A stretch of 63,942 nucleotides of DNA, the filler included, from Octopus bimaculoides (lineage: Eukaryota), in NCBI RefSeq assembly GCF_001194135.2. It is 7 parts of 6 records of this genome, joined end to end, with 100 filler letters (N's around TTAATTAATTAA, not from the genome) between each part and the next. Parts side by side here need not be neighbours in the genome. Positions count along the whole stretch, not along the records: positions 28,126 to 51,000 come from NC_068985.1; 6 more parts are not named here. The stretch is one strand, 5' to 3'. The notes beneath the pieces are model-generated. The model searched no databases. It was not told the origin of the DNA and saw only the letters and a list, made by a program, of their open reading frames with translations. Below are positions 38,731 to 50,985 of this stretch, piece by piece. A program made the translations under genes and the position numbers. Position 1 is the stretch's first letter, and every line of letters begins with the position of its first letter.

Positions 38731-40339
38731 CATTGGCCAAAATAAGTTTAAGACTGATGATGATAGTTCTATTTCTTCATTAATTTATTTTTAACAAAAC
38801 TGTATAAAATTATTTTACTTTTTACAGTTTATGTAGAAGTTTTTCTCTTTCAAATGATATAGGCGTTATATATCCTTCTTCAGTTTTAATAATTTTAATG
38901 CGCAATTAATTGAAATGATTAAAAATTGTCGGCAAAATAAGTTTAAGACCGTACCAACAATATTTTGTTTAAATTGGAAATTTACGGCACAAATGATCGA
39001 TGAACAAAAATTTATTATTAGTATCTAGTTCCATAGCCATTATTTTCAATTACGGCCTTACAACGGTGGGACATGGAGTTCGACAAATGAACACAAGAAT
39101 CACTTGGAATGCTCTGCCATATTTCTTCAATAAAATTATATAATTGGGACAAATTTGCTGGTTTTTTAGCATGAACTCTTTTAGAAACATAATTCCATAA
39201 ATTTCTATCGGATTCAAATCCGGGCTCTGCAGAGGCCACTCAATTACCACCATATTATTGTGCTCAAAGTATTGCAAAACTTTCCTGGCCTTATGAACGG
39301 AGCAACTGTCCTAATGGAAAATAGATCCCGGTGGCATCTGATTATTTAAATATGGCAGCATATTTTCATTTACTAATTGCTGATAGCCTACACTGTTCAG
39401 TCGGCCATCAACCTTAACAACTGGACCAACACCTAAGCTGTTGAACGCGGCCCACACCATTACCCCCATCACCACCACCACCTACCGCTTGCGCCGTTTC
39501 TTGACACAGGATGGAATTCTTCAGTTGGACGGCGTCTGACATAAGTCTTTCGGTCTGATCCAAAGATGCAGAAGCGGGATTCGTCGCTCCAAAGAACTTT
39601 TGATCAGTCTTCGGCCCTCCATTCAATATGGCTTTTAGCTAACTTGATCTGCTTCTGCCGGTTCGTCTCAGAAATTATCGGCTTTAGAGTGATCCGGCCG
39701 AACAGTCCAAATTCTTTTAGGCAGTTTCTGACAGTTTGTGGTGTAAAGCTGATGTCGGTTTCATCAGATAATTGCTTGCAAATGTCCACTGCTGTTAGCA
39801 TTCGGTTGCATTCAGAGAGCCTATGAATTCGCCGATCCATCTGTACTGTTGCTTTTCTCGGAGCGCCCGTTCTTTGCCGATCTTTGTATTGGCCAGTGGC
39901 TTGGTAAAGCTTCCATGCTTGAACACAAGCCGTTTTGATACATCCTAATTACTTGCTAATGTTCATGAACGACACATTTTTCTGATGAAGCAACATGATC
40001 TTTGATCGAGCAACTGGGCTGATACTACGACGCTTTCCCAAAGCGAATTAATGTGTAATAATGCTCGATTATTAAACAAAACAGTGCAGTACGACCAGCC
40101 ATATAATCACCCATTTGGTTTATTAATTTGCATAATCTTGGCTGACAATTTCTTATCATTTCAATTAATTGCGCATTAAAATTATTCGAATTGTAGAAAG
40201 ATGTATAATGCCTATATCATTCGAAAGAGAAAAAAAATTCTACATAAACTGTAAAAAGTAAAATAATTTTATACAGTTTTGTTTAAAATATATTAATGAA
40301 GGAATACCACTGTCATCATCGGTCTTATTTTGGCCAGCG
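38731..40339 (-). mobile_element. Full-length IR/DR-type Tc1 transposon (1609 bp) with TA TSD
   Basis: TA at 38729-38730 and 40340-40341; ~200-bp TIRs (38731-~38932, ~40138-40339); the terminal motif GG(C)CAAAATAAGTTTAAGAC recurs at the inner end of the left TIR. Confidence 0.9.
39018..40041 (-). pseudogene. Tc1 (DD34E-type) transposase, inactivated
   Basis: GKRRSIS..RTGAPRK..TVRNCL..KVLWSDESRF..EWPLQSPDLNPIE..SMSHRCKAVIENNGYGTRY*. The start is degraded to TTG, with in-frame stops and frameshifts. Confidence 0.9.
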
Positions 40340-40719
40340 TATATGAATTTAAATGTGACACAAGGAAAGAATGAACAATTTTCTATCTTCCGTGATATTT
40401 GAAGCTATGCACTCGACTTTTGAATATGATTTTTAGGTTAGGAATTTTAGTAACTAATTTTAGTAATTTTAGAAACCTCTGCCACATATAACAAAGATCT
40501 GATCTTCATGAAAATTACTGTGATCTTGAGACATGTGGTTCCAGTAAGAATTGTAGCTACAACTTTCAACCAAAATATTCTTAGGGCAACCTTCTAGGAC
40601 ATTCATTAACTGGAAGAGTATATCCACAAAAGATATGTTGCTTTTGGCTTCAGATAATAAAAAGAATAACTTATACAAGAATCAAACAGCTGGTGACATT
40701 TAACTCGCGAGGGAAAGTT

Positions 40720-41900
40720 TTCAGTTGTAACAGACAAAACTTTATGATCAACCAAATTTTCACGAAAGTCCATTTTCCTAAACAGATTGTTATTACTCTG
40801 GCCTCACCGGGAATTGCTGCAACTTTGCTCACAAGTGGCAAGATTGCTCATTCTTATTTTAAACTCTCACTCAACCTTATATACAATAATAGCGCTGTGT
40901 GCAATATTGGCAAAAATCTGGACAGGCAAAGGCTCTGAAGCAGTTCAAGCTGAAAGACATGAGTGTACAATCTCTCAAAGACTTGCATTTGAAGTTCTCA
41001 GTCGCATCTTATAATATCTCAGAAGTAACATTAACACCAAGGGTAGAGACACAGACTTGCTTTCTGGTGATTTTAGACAAACTCTGCCAGTCATTCCAAA
41101 GGTTATCTCTCCCGATGAGTGGAGAGCATGCCTCAAAGAATTCTACAGAGACGAGAGATAAAACTTTCCCTTTTGACCAATATGAGAATTTCACTTAAAG
41201 AAACGTTTCAGCAGCCCATTTAATACTGAGAGAAAGGATGTCAAAGTGGATAAAAGTTTGGAGCAATTTTCAACATATGTTAAGTTTATCCTAGACTCTC
41301 ACAGAATTATAGAATCCATCCTGAAACCCCAAAATGACACTGTGCATGAAATTAATGCCACTATAATTCAACAGGTACCAGTCCAATCCTGATGACACAT
41401 GTGAATTCACACTAACATGTATTATCCGGATTGATGATATTGCCAAATATATCACAAAGTTTCTTAATTCTCTTCAGTCCACTACTGTCCCTCTTTACAA
41501 ACCGAAACAGAAATTAGAAGCACCCATTTTGTCGCCATGAAATTTGAATATGCCGAAACTCTGTAACGGTACAAGACTAGATGTTGAAACTTTCATTCTC
41601 CATATGATCAAAGCCATTATTATGACTGGTTGTTGAGCCAAGAGAGAAGATATTTTCATTCCACGTATTTCCCTCGTCCCATCAAATATATTCCAGTTTA
41701 AACGCCTTCAATTTCCAGTGTCAATGCCTGTTTCTATGACCACCAACAAATCTCAGGGACGCCCCTCAGGGTTACTGAAGTTAACTTGTCAAGTCTATGT
41801 TTAATCTCATAGTCAGCTCCATGTTGCAAGCTTATGTGTTGGACCAAGCAGACATCTTTTCATCGGAGTGACAACCCGGGGATAAAACATATTGTCTATC
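40720..41900 (+). pseudogene. Decayed Helitron PIF1-like helicase
   Basis: KTFMINQI..ASPGIAATLLTSGKIAHSYFKL, KLCNGTRL, DIFIPRISLVPS..FKRLQFPV..MTTNKSQG match Helitron helicase motifs; many stops. Confidence 0.85.
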
Positions 41901-42485
41901 GCCGAGCTTTTACTGAATAAAGCACATTTTAAATCCGGATTGAAGATTCAGCTTGCCTGCAGTTTTGCTGCATGTTGTAAGGCAGTCGTCAAGCAAATAT
42001 TAGTGGGATTTTTTTTTTTTGTTAAGACTTAAAAATCTTATACATTTTAGGGAACCAGAAATACGCCTTCAATGCTCTCTTCAAGAGCATTATCAAAGTG
42101 AAGTGAACCTGAGTAATCGAGTATCGAAACAGTGTTGGCTTGGATGTTTGATCTACACCACTCGATTTTACTAAAAAGCAGCATCTAGGGATAAAAACCG
42201 AAACTATTATATTTTGTAAAACCAAGCTGGCAATATACGATTTACATAAAATTCCATGCATAAAATCGTTTGCTTTTGGTTGTGAGAATATTTACAAATC
42301 TGTTTACATTCTGTTAAAATACAAATGACTCTGTTATCTCTCACTTTCTGCAGTTTCGCATAGATGTTTAAAATATCCAGTTTCTGAACAAGGCCGGGGG
42401 TATATAGTTAGTATTATAATAATAAACAGTCATGGGTATTTGGTGTCAGATATTATGATACAGAAAGAACAGGGCAAAACGGGTG

Positions 42486-42535
<50 letters not shown>

Positions 42536-43125
42536 TGGGGTGGGAGAAATCCGGAATGCTAAGATATTTTTACAACATTTAGTTTTCTACTTTTAAGTTT
42601 GAAATGTTCATCTGTTAGTTTAAGAAGTTTTGAAAAATATAATTGACCGAGATGTGAGATAAAATCTCACAAAAAGCGTGGTATGAATCCCCGCCACTTA
42701 AGTATTTATCAAACTAATATTAGTCATTTACAAGTTCTGTTTGTTGTCTTTTTTCTGTATCACATAATTTTATATAATTAACTTCATTGTTTCCTACGTT
42801 GAGTATGTTAACGTTAACTTAACCATTGTTTTTAATGTTCCATAAATTTATATGTTGATTCTAATATCGGTTGTTTTTCATGCGGTCGGCGTTACAGAGA
42901 AATGTATTCTCTAAATAAATTTGTTTGTCTAGTCCATCTAACGCATACACGTGTACATTTTCTTAGAGATTCTTTCATTATTCTGGAAGTATATATGCTT
43001 AGTGAGTCTCCTTTTATTCTGTCAGTACAATGAAGTCTGTTTTGCTAAGGAGATCTAATACAAACTAAACATGTTCGAAACTGTCTTCTGTAGATTCCGT
43101 ATTTAGACAATATTAAAGACAATAT

Positions 43126-43339
43126 TGGTTTCACATTTTGGCACAAGGCCAGCAATTTCGGGGGGTGGGGCAAGTCGATGACATCAACCCCAGAGCTCAA
43201 CTGTTACTTATTTTACCCCGAAAGGATGAAAGGCAAAGTCGACCTCGGCGGAATTTGAACTCAGAACGTAAAGTCAAACGAAACGCCTCTAAGCATTTTG
43301 CCCGGCATGGTAACGATTCTGCCAGCTCGCCGCCCTTAG
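43126..43339 (-). mobile_element. SINE family A, full length, with 13-bp TSD
   Basis: TSD TTAAAGACAATAT at 43113-43125 and 43340-43352. Confidence 0.92.
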
Positions 43340-43354
43340 TTAAAGACAATATCA

Positions 43355-45190
43355 ATTTCTTTATTGCCCACAGGGGACCAAACAGAGAGGGGACGATACA
43401 GATGAGAGAGAGGTCGATAGTGATAAACAAAACAAATACACATACAATGAAGTGGGGCGGGTTTTGCCTCGACCCCGCAAGCCCCGTGCCACCACTGTAA
43501 CCTGCAGTATAACCTTATGGATATGCTATGTGGGTTCATTCATTTGCAACAAACTCGCCACAACCTTCCATCTTTTTCCATATACATCAGGTGACAGGCA
43601 TTTTCTCTCCACCCTTATTTTCCTTTTATGGTGGTAAATGAGGTAATGGATCAATCCAAGGCTAGAGATGAAGGTGCATATCACGATTCCTTTCACGCGG
43701 GTCTTCCATACCACTTCTTTCGTTACAGCGACCACAGCGAGAAAACAAGCCTTGACCTTCTTTGTTAAAAGAGGAAGGAGGAACAATCTTTACAATCGAC
43801 TCGGAAGACAGTTGTACTCTTCCCAGCTGTGACAGTAGATGTTGAATGTAAACCTACATCTCAGAGATTTTGGGGCATTGCAGAATCGCGTGCACCTGGG
43901 TGAACAATGGACACCATGGCTTGCAAGTTTATCGCGAACTGGCAAGGCTCCTTGGTAACACTGCTAGGCCAGGGATCCTTGGAAGTTATCCAAGGGTCCT
44001 GGCCCAAATGTCCTTTAGAACAGGCTGGCTAGTTGATCCTCATCGAAGCCTAGAGTCTCCCCCAGGACGTCGTCACACTTAGCCTCTAGCAACCCTCTAT
44101 AGAAAGACGAGGTGGAACCCGCGCTGCTGGCGTTGCCCGTGCGAGAGAGAAGCAAGAGTGCCTGACGACAGTCCGCTTGCCAAACACCCAACTTTGGTCT
44201 ACATTTGATCTACGGTCCTAGTTCATTCAAACTAGTAAGCTTAGGCAGTACAAAGGGAGAATACGCATGTTCACCATTCAGGCAGATCCACAAATGCCTC
44301 AGCCTCAGCGCATGTCTGCGCATCAACAGCCAAGGTATCCCTAGCCCATTCTTTAGAGGGTGCTGGCAGCAGACAGAGCGCCTTACAAGAAGAGCTCTAC
44401 CCTTCCACAAGAAGCGAAAGAGCAGACGCTCCAACTTGGTCAGCCACGAAAGGAGGCAAGGCATGACGGTTAGGCGGTAGGTAATCACAGAAGCGATAAA
44501 CACTCCTGCGACCTCCACCCTTTCTTTCAGGGATAGCCACTGCTCAGACCAAGTCTGAGTTAGGTGGGTCACCCTGCTCGTCACCTCACTCCAATTCTTC
44601 TCTATCTAGCGGTCTGGACCAAACCAAACCAAACCAAACCAAACCCCTAGCATTTTAACCGGCCCCTCCGTCCAACGTCTTACGACGTGGCTGGGAGGCA
44701 TCGTCTTGCTTCTCCAGGTGCCGAGTTGCAAGCCGACTGATTTATCCTGGTTAACTTTTGCTCCTGCCACTTCCTCGTAGTCCTTAATGGCTTTGCCTAC
44801 CCTCTGTAGATGTACGATCTCGGATACGATGATGGTGATGTCATCCGCGTACGCCGAAACCTTCCTACTGCAACCTAGATCGCGTGGGACGCCCCCACAA
44901 GCCCTCCAACTTCCGCAGTAAGGGCTCCAGAGCCAATACATACAGAAGCGGGGAGAGAGGACACTCTTGACGAACAGATCGCTTGATGATGAACTGCTTC
45001 GAGAAGAATCAATTCACTTGAACGATCGAGTCAATGTTGCTATATAAAGCAATGATCCATCCGCGGAAGACAGGGTCAAGCCCGAACGCTGCGAAGACCG
45101 ACACCAGATACTGATGGTCAACCCTGTCAAAAGCTTTATACTGGTCTAAATGGACCAGCGCCCTACCCTTGTCAGGAGACCCAGCCCTCA
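43355..45190 (-). pseudogene. 5'-truncated Tx1/L1-clade LINE (RT, C-terminus, 3' UTR)
   Basis: ALVHLDQYKAFDRVDH, SAYADDIT, AKVNQDKS, LFRFLWKG..GLGIP, KRKIRVERKCLS..KRW. The 3' UTR ends CCCCTGTGGGCAATAAAGAAAT. Confidence 0.9.
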
Positions 45191-45470
45191 ATGCGTGCTC
45201 CTTGCTTGCGTCTGTTCCATCTATTGTGTTCCCAGGTATGGTACACGGAGACCTCTACATACAACAGTGTTCGGGCAAACAGATCACATTGACATAATTT
45301 GAAGAAAGCTGTCAAAGTGGTTTCTCGTGGATTCAGAACTACGTTTCGAGCATTGTCTTCTGTGACATATACACGCTGGCCATTTTCAAGATGTACAGAG
45401 AGATTTTAAGGTGTTCCTTCATGTAAATAGGGTGTAACCTTTGCGTTGACAGTGCAATTGTCTAAAAGCA
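45190..45470 (-). pseudogene. Helitron Rep-region fragment
   Basis: LHLENGQRVYVTEDNA..ETTLTAFFKLCQ.D.FARTLLY.EV..YHTW..RW.RRKQG is typical of Helitron RepHel proteins. Confidence 0.85.
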
Positions 45471-46312
45471 GAACCGTTCTTCATGCAGCGCTTGTCAATT
45501 GGCTGAACTGTCATGAAAGACATTGTCATTCATGGTATATTCATGAATAAGTCACTAACCGAAATAAGTGGATCTATTGTTTAGAAAAATGCTATTTACT
45601 TGTTTAAGGGTTGTACTGGATAAATTGCGAAAATAACCCTAACTGTTCAAATACTAAGAAGTAAACATACTCAACATGATTTATACCAAATAATATAGGT
45701 AAATGAATGGGTTATTTCCCTTGGCTGTTAAAATAAAATGTGTTAGTTAAATATGTGGATCCCTTCCAGGGGCCCTAGCTATCTAATTATATATTTTTCT
45801 TAAACATCAATGAGCTTAGTAACAAACTGGGTGTTACTTCAGCATGTTTGCAAAGTTTCACGAAAATTCGTTAACGGGTATAGACAGCAACTTGACACAA
45901 ACAGACAACTTTCTTTTATATATGTATAAGATCTGGCATCTGACATTATCGAATTCCAAAAGAGAAAATTAAACTTGATCATCTAACTCGATGGATAAAA
46001 ATGGTTGAGAACCATTTTTACCCATGGATCTTTCATTCCAATTTTTACTTGGGTGAACCCACATAATCATCCCATGTTTAAAAATCTTTCAATATTTTTA
46101 TAATTAAATATTATTAGGAATTGTATTAAAAATTGTTAAAATATATTGTATATTGTAGAAGAATAACCAATTTATTGCACATAACTTTAACAACAAATTT
46201 TCATATCCACCACTTGGACTCCGGCTGAGAACCACTGATCTAACTGGAGCCCAATGTATCAGAATAAATAAGAAAATAAAAAAAAAGGGAAAGAAAGGAA
46301 TAGTAGAGCGAC

Positions 46313-46465
46313 TCACTTTTCATTTAGGGTGTAATTATTATTGACAATTATGTTAGCAGCTTTAAGAAGCGGATATTTTTCACCATTGCATTCTCCCTTG
46401 AAATCATCCAGATCCAGTGACCAAAACATCAAACCACCGTAATCGTTTTGCAGGGCAAAATTAGC
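46313..46465 (-). CDS. Exon encoding the C-terminal end of a glycoside hydrolase family 18 (chitinase or chitinase-like) domain
   Basis: Acceptor TTCTTTCCCATAG|GCT. Translation ANFALQNDYGGLMFWSLDLDDFKGECNGEKYPLLKAANIIVNNNYTLNEK* matches the GH18 motif GG.M.W.LD.DDF.G.C....PLL. The stop overlaps a possible AA|GTGAGT donor (exon end 46317). Confidence 0.85.
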   Translation of the reverse strand, partial: ANFALQNDYGGLMFWSLDLDDFKGECNGEKYPLLKAANIIVNNNYTLNEK

Positions 46466-46999
46466 CTATGGGAAAGAATACCATTTGAATTAACATGATT
46501 TCAATATTGAGTTTCACATTGACATTATTAACCACATCAACAAGATTTTCCATTCATATCTAAATTGATTTCTTCTTTCTCTGCTGAATTAACACAAATA
46601 ATAGAGTACTAAACAAAATAGTTGTGTTAAATTTAGTTTGTTTTGTTTTTTTTCGTTACGTCCAGAGTTCAAATCCCCGCATGAGTCAACTTTATTTTTT
46701 TTCCCCAACAGGATTCGTTCTCTAAGTTAACAAGACTCCATACTACTCTACACACTTTTCTCTTGTTTTGTAGCACTCCTATATCTAAGACTCGCTGACT
46801 TACCTGCTCTCCAAAGTGTTCCTGCAATATGTTTCTGTAATACTTATCCAAAAGTACTGAAGCAAAGCTGCCTGTTAGCCCTCTGCATATCATTGTACTG
46901 ATGTACCACTGTATCACACATCACTGTATATTACATTATATCTCTAAATGTATATAGTACAGCTATATTAAAGAAATAAAGCGTAAGCGTGGCTTTATA

Positions 47000-47091
47000 G
47001 GTACAAGCGTGGTTGAGTGGTAAGGTTACTTCTTGACCACATGGTCCCGAGTCCAGTCCCATTGTGTGGCATCTTGGACAAGTGTCTTCTT
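47000..47091 (+). mobile_element. SINE family B head fragment
   Basis: GAGTGGTAAG..CCACATGGTCCCGAGTCCAGTCCCA..GGACAAGTGTCTTCT; truncated by a gap. Confidence 0.7.
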
Positions 47092-48605
47092 ATATATANN
47101 NNNNNNNNNNNNNNNNNNNNNNNNNNNNNNNNNNNNNNNNNNNNNNNNNNNNNNNNNNNNNNNNNNNNNNNNNNNNNNNNNNNNNNNNNNNNNNNNNNNN
47201 NNNNNNNNNNNNNNNNNNNNNNNNNNNNNNNNNNNNNNNNNNNNNNNNNNNNNNNNNNNNNNNNNNNNNNNNNNNNNNNNNNNNNNNNNNNNNNNNNNNN
47301 NNNNNNNNNNNNNNNNNNNNNNNNNNNNNNNNNNNNNNNNNNNNNNNNNNNNNNNNNNNNNNNNNNNNNNNNNNNNNNNNNNNNNNNNNNNNNNNNNNNN
47401 NNNNNNNNNNNNNNNNNNNNNNNNNNNNNNNNNNNNNNNNNNNNNNNNNNNNNNNNNNNNNNNNNNNNNNNNNNNNNNNNNNNNNNNNNNNNNNNNNNNN
47501 NNNNNNNNNNNNNNNNNNNNNNNNNNNNNNNNNNNNNNNNNNNNNNNNNNNNNNNNNNNNNNNNNNNNNNNNNNNNNNNNNNNNNNNNNNNNNNNNNNNN
47601 NNNNNNNNNNNNNNNNNNNNNNNNNNNNNNNNNNNNNNNNNNNNNNNNNNNNNNNNNNNNNNNNNNNNNNNNNNNNNNNNNNNNNNNNNNNNNNNNNNNN
47701 NNNNNNNNNNNNNNNNNNNNNNNNNNNNNNNNNNNNNNNNNNNNNNNNNNNNNNNNNNNNNNNNNNNNNNNNNNNNNNNNNNNNNNNNNNNNNNNNNNNN
47801 NNNNNNNNNNNNNNNNNNNNNNNNNNNNNNNNNNNNNNNNNNNNNNNNNNNNNNNNNNNNNNNNNNNNNNNNNNNNNNNNNNNNNNNNNNNNNNNNNNNN
47901 NNNNNNNNNNNNNNNNNNNNNNNNNNNNNNNNNNNNNNNNNNNNNNNNNNNNNNNNNNNNNNNNNNNNNNNNNNNNNNNNATATATATATATATATATAT
48001 ACATACATATATATATATAACACTGAGGTCTATGTAATCGACTATCCCTCTCCTTCAAAATTTCAGGCCCTGTACCTATAGTAGAAAGGATTACTATTGT
48101 ATATTTATAGTTCTACACCATTATCACCTCCTCATTCTCTTTGTCATGATAAACTTTCTTATTACTTTACTCACTTCACCATTATCATTTTGGTGCGAGT
48201 GACGGAGTGGTTTTACTTGTTATTAGCCCACTTCGCCATTTATATTTTCTTTTCCCTCTTCTTCTTCTTCTTCTTCTTCACCCTTGTCATCTTCCACTTC
48301 CTTTTCCACTTCTTCCTCCTCCTCCTTCTTCTTCCAATCTTTATGTTTTAGCATTACTGTTATCTATGTAGTTATATTTGAGGCTGGTCACTATTTTTGC
48401 CAAATAAACACATGCACTATATACTCGTTCTTCACTTTAGCTTTATTGTTATTATCATTTTAGTGTGCTAAGTTTGAAATCTTTCGTCACACATCCTGTG
48501 ACCTTTTCAGCGACTCTCCATCTCACGCGCATCTTCCTATTCTGTTTAGTCGATTCTGTCTTTCTGTCTTAAGTATGAGTATGTGTGTATGTATATGAGT
48601 TTATA

Positions 48606-48817
48606 CAGGGTGACCCAAATGTAGGTTTACAGTTATTCAACTATCTCTTTCGCATTCATATATTAACAGTTTAGATCTTAATTATAAAAATATATGAAGC
48701 CATTATTCTATGCTAATTTAGTTAATTGTAAGACAGAAATTTAAATGTAATAAAATGTTTTAAAAGGAATTTAAAGTGCCTACGTGATAACTGTAAACCC
48801 ACTTTTGGGCCACCCTG
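48606..48817. mobile_element. Tc1/mariner-type MITE (212 bp)
   Basis: TA TSD (48604-48605, 48818-48819); ~31-bp TIRs CAGGGTGACCCAAATGTAGGTTTACAGTTAT and ATAACTGTAAACCCACTTTTGGGCCACCCTG. Confidence 0.9.
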
Positions 48818-49014
48818 TATATTATACTGTTTGTATCTGTGTCTATTTTCTTTCTTCCCTCATTCTGTCTTTATTCGTCATGTTGCGTAGTGTGGTGGAG
48901 TAGTATTATTGTTCCATTCATATTTTCTGTTGAGGCTCGGTCTGTCAATTACTATGTATGTAGCCTGTACAGTATATCTAAGTGTCGTGTCTGTTCTATG
49001 TAATTAACCGAGCT

Positions 49015-49700
49015 TCTATGTTCTAATTGAGCATGTTGGTAGAGCACTAACGAGCTTTCTCCTTTTTGAGCTCCCGCCAGTGTTCACCTAATCGCTTCCC
49101 TATGCTATGTGTTATCTCCTCAATCTATGTCGCTACCCTGTTTCTGCACCGTCCCTCAGTACACCGTATGCTATAGACAACATTCTAAATCTTGCAGTTA
49201 ACTTGTAAGTTTATCCAACATAATATACAGTTGTTATCCGTACATGTGGGGGCCTTTCGAATGGATATATTCTACAGATCAGGGATTTTATGGGGGTTCC
49301 TGGCCTTTCTACTACTTTAATCTGTAGATTCATCTAAGGTTTTCCTAAAAAGGTATGCTAACTCGCCACCAGAAGTAGCATCGACAAACATGACGCTCTG
49401 GAATTTTTGGTTGTCATACCATGAATTGACCTTATCTATCTTCTTAATCCTTTCTATGCCATTCCAGGATTTACTCCTGTATAGTGGGCAGATCTCATTT
49501 GCATCATTCTCTATGATGGCCTTGTACTTAATCTTGGCTTCTTTGTACACTTTGATCCTGTCCGTTTGGCATGCGAAGAATGAAGTGTTGCACTTGTCCT
49601 TTTAATTCCGTTGAGTTGCACATGCGGGACACATTTCTCGTCACTCTTACCAAGGGCGCTATTAGGATTTTGAACTCGGCGTTGTCCGCAATAGCAGCGT
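49015..49700 (-). pseudogene. Penelope-like element fragment (RT C-terminal region plus GIY-YIG endonuclease)
   Basis: CPLYRSKSW..WY..SVMFVDATSGGEL, then CTDNNCILC..NCKI*NVVYSIRC..AT*IEEITHSIGKRLGEH, a decayed GIY-YIG motif. Confidence 0.8.
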
Positions 49701-50610
49701 TCTAAACTAAGAGTAATAATAAAGCTGAAATGAAGAACGACTATACAGTGTGTGTGGTTAATTGGCAAAAAAAAAAAAAATGACCATTTTCAAATGTAAC
49801 AATATCTGTTTCAACACCCGATTTCACATACATATTATCTATGTCCTTGTCTACCATTTCACACTTTTAAATTTAATTTTGATTTTATCTTTATTTATAC
49901 TTTGCAGTAAGATATGATAATTTTTTTTTTCACTGTAGCATGAGTTAGTTGTTTGAGACAGACGCTGACCAGTTAAGGATAGTTTGCGAAAATTCAAACA
50001 TCAACTTCCACCCAAGTCTGAGACGCGTTGAAAATCTAAAAATTCAGTCAGTTGCTGTGAAGACGTTGAACTGTCGACAACGTATTTTCCGGCTGCTCCT
50101 TCTATCACTTTTAATAGAGCAATGAGAGTTTAACTTGGTACTATTGTAGTCATTATGACTATTAAGTCAAAGTTGCTTTAACCGCTCCGAGGCAATTTGC
50201 CTCTTCTCCACTTGACATTCGTCTTCGTTTATTTTAAACTGTTATGAAGCTTATATCGTTGTTACCGTTTGCTGAAATTGACGTCTACAGCAAGATTTAT
50301 ATCTGCATTATGACATTTGTCTTACATTGTATTGTATCGTGGAATTAGCACCAGCTCCAATTTGAAAACTTGCAAATTGTAGTAAATACAACTGAATTTA
50401 TTCATGTCTTACGAATGTTTCTCCTCCAGAATGAACATCAACAACCTGATGTTTTGCACACACCTCAATTTCGCCGTTTTTGTGACTTATCAACATCATG
50501 TACTTGAACCGGGTCACAGGCGAATTGAATCGCCAGTCCGTGACTATATACAATTAGTGCAAAAACCATTTACTAGTATATCACGACGATTATAACGTAA
50601 GAATAAATTT

Positions 50611-50751
50611 AAATATGGATTAAAAGCAGCACTAGTGTTGTAAACATTATCGATCACACATACTCAATGTATGTGCTTTGCTTGTTCGCCGGTAGGTTGC
50701 ATGAGTAATCGAAACTGTTCACAACACTAGCGTTGCTTCTAATTCATATTT
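50611..50751. repeat. Imperfect palindrome with 44-bp arms
   Basis: 50611-50654 versus the reverse complement of 50708-50751: 7 mismatches in 44. Confidence 0.85.
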
Positions 50752-50758
50752 GAATATA

Positions 50759-50985
50759 CAAGGAATGCTGAAAAGTTGCTGGCTTTGGGTAAAAGAAAAT
50801 ACAGGAGGATCAGTTAATTATGATTTTATCCAGCACATTCCCTCTCAGATTCACACACTTTTAGTTTTTTCTAAGCCTTAAGGTCTTTTAGTTTTTCTAA
50901 GCCCGGTAAAGGAACTCGGAAGTTTGGGCTTTCTACTAGTCCTTTCACGATACCCTTAAAGCCAGTAACTTTTAAGCACCCCGTT
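50759..50985. mobile_element. Mariner-type MITE
   Basis: Imperfect TIRs TA-CAAGGAATGCTGAAAAGTTGCTGGCTT and AAGCCAGTAACTTTTAAGCACCCC. Confidence 0.65.
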
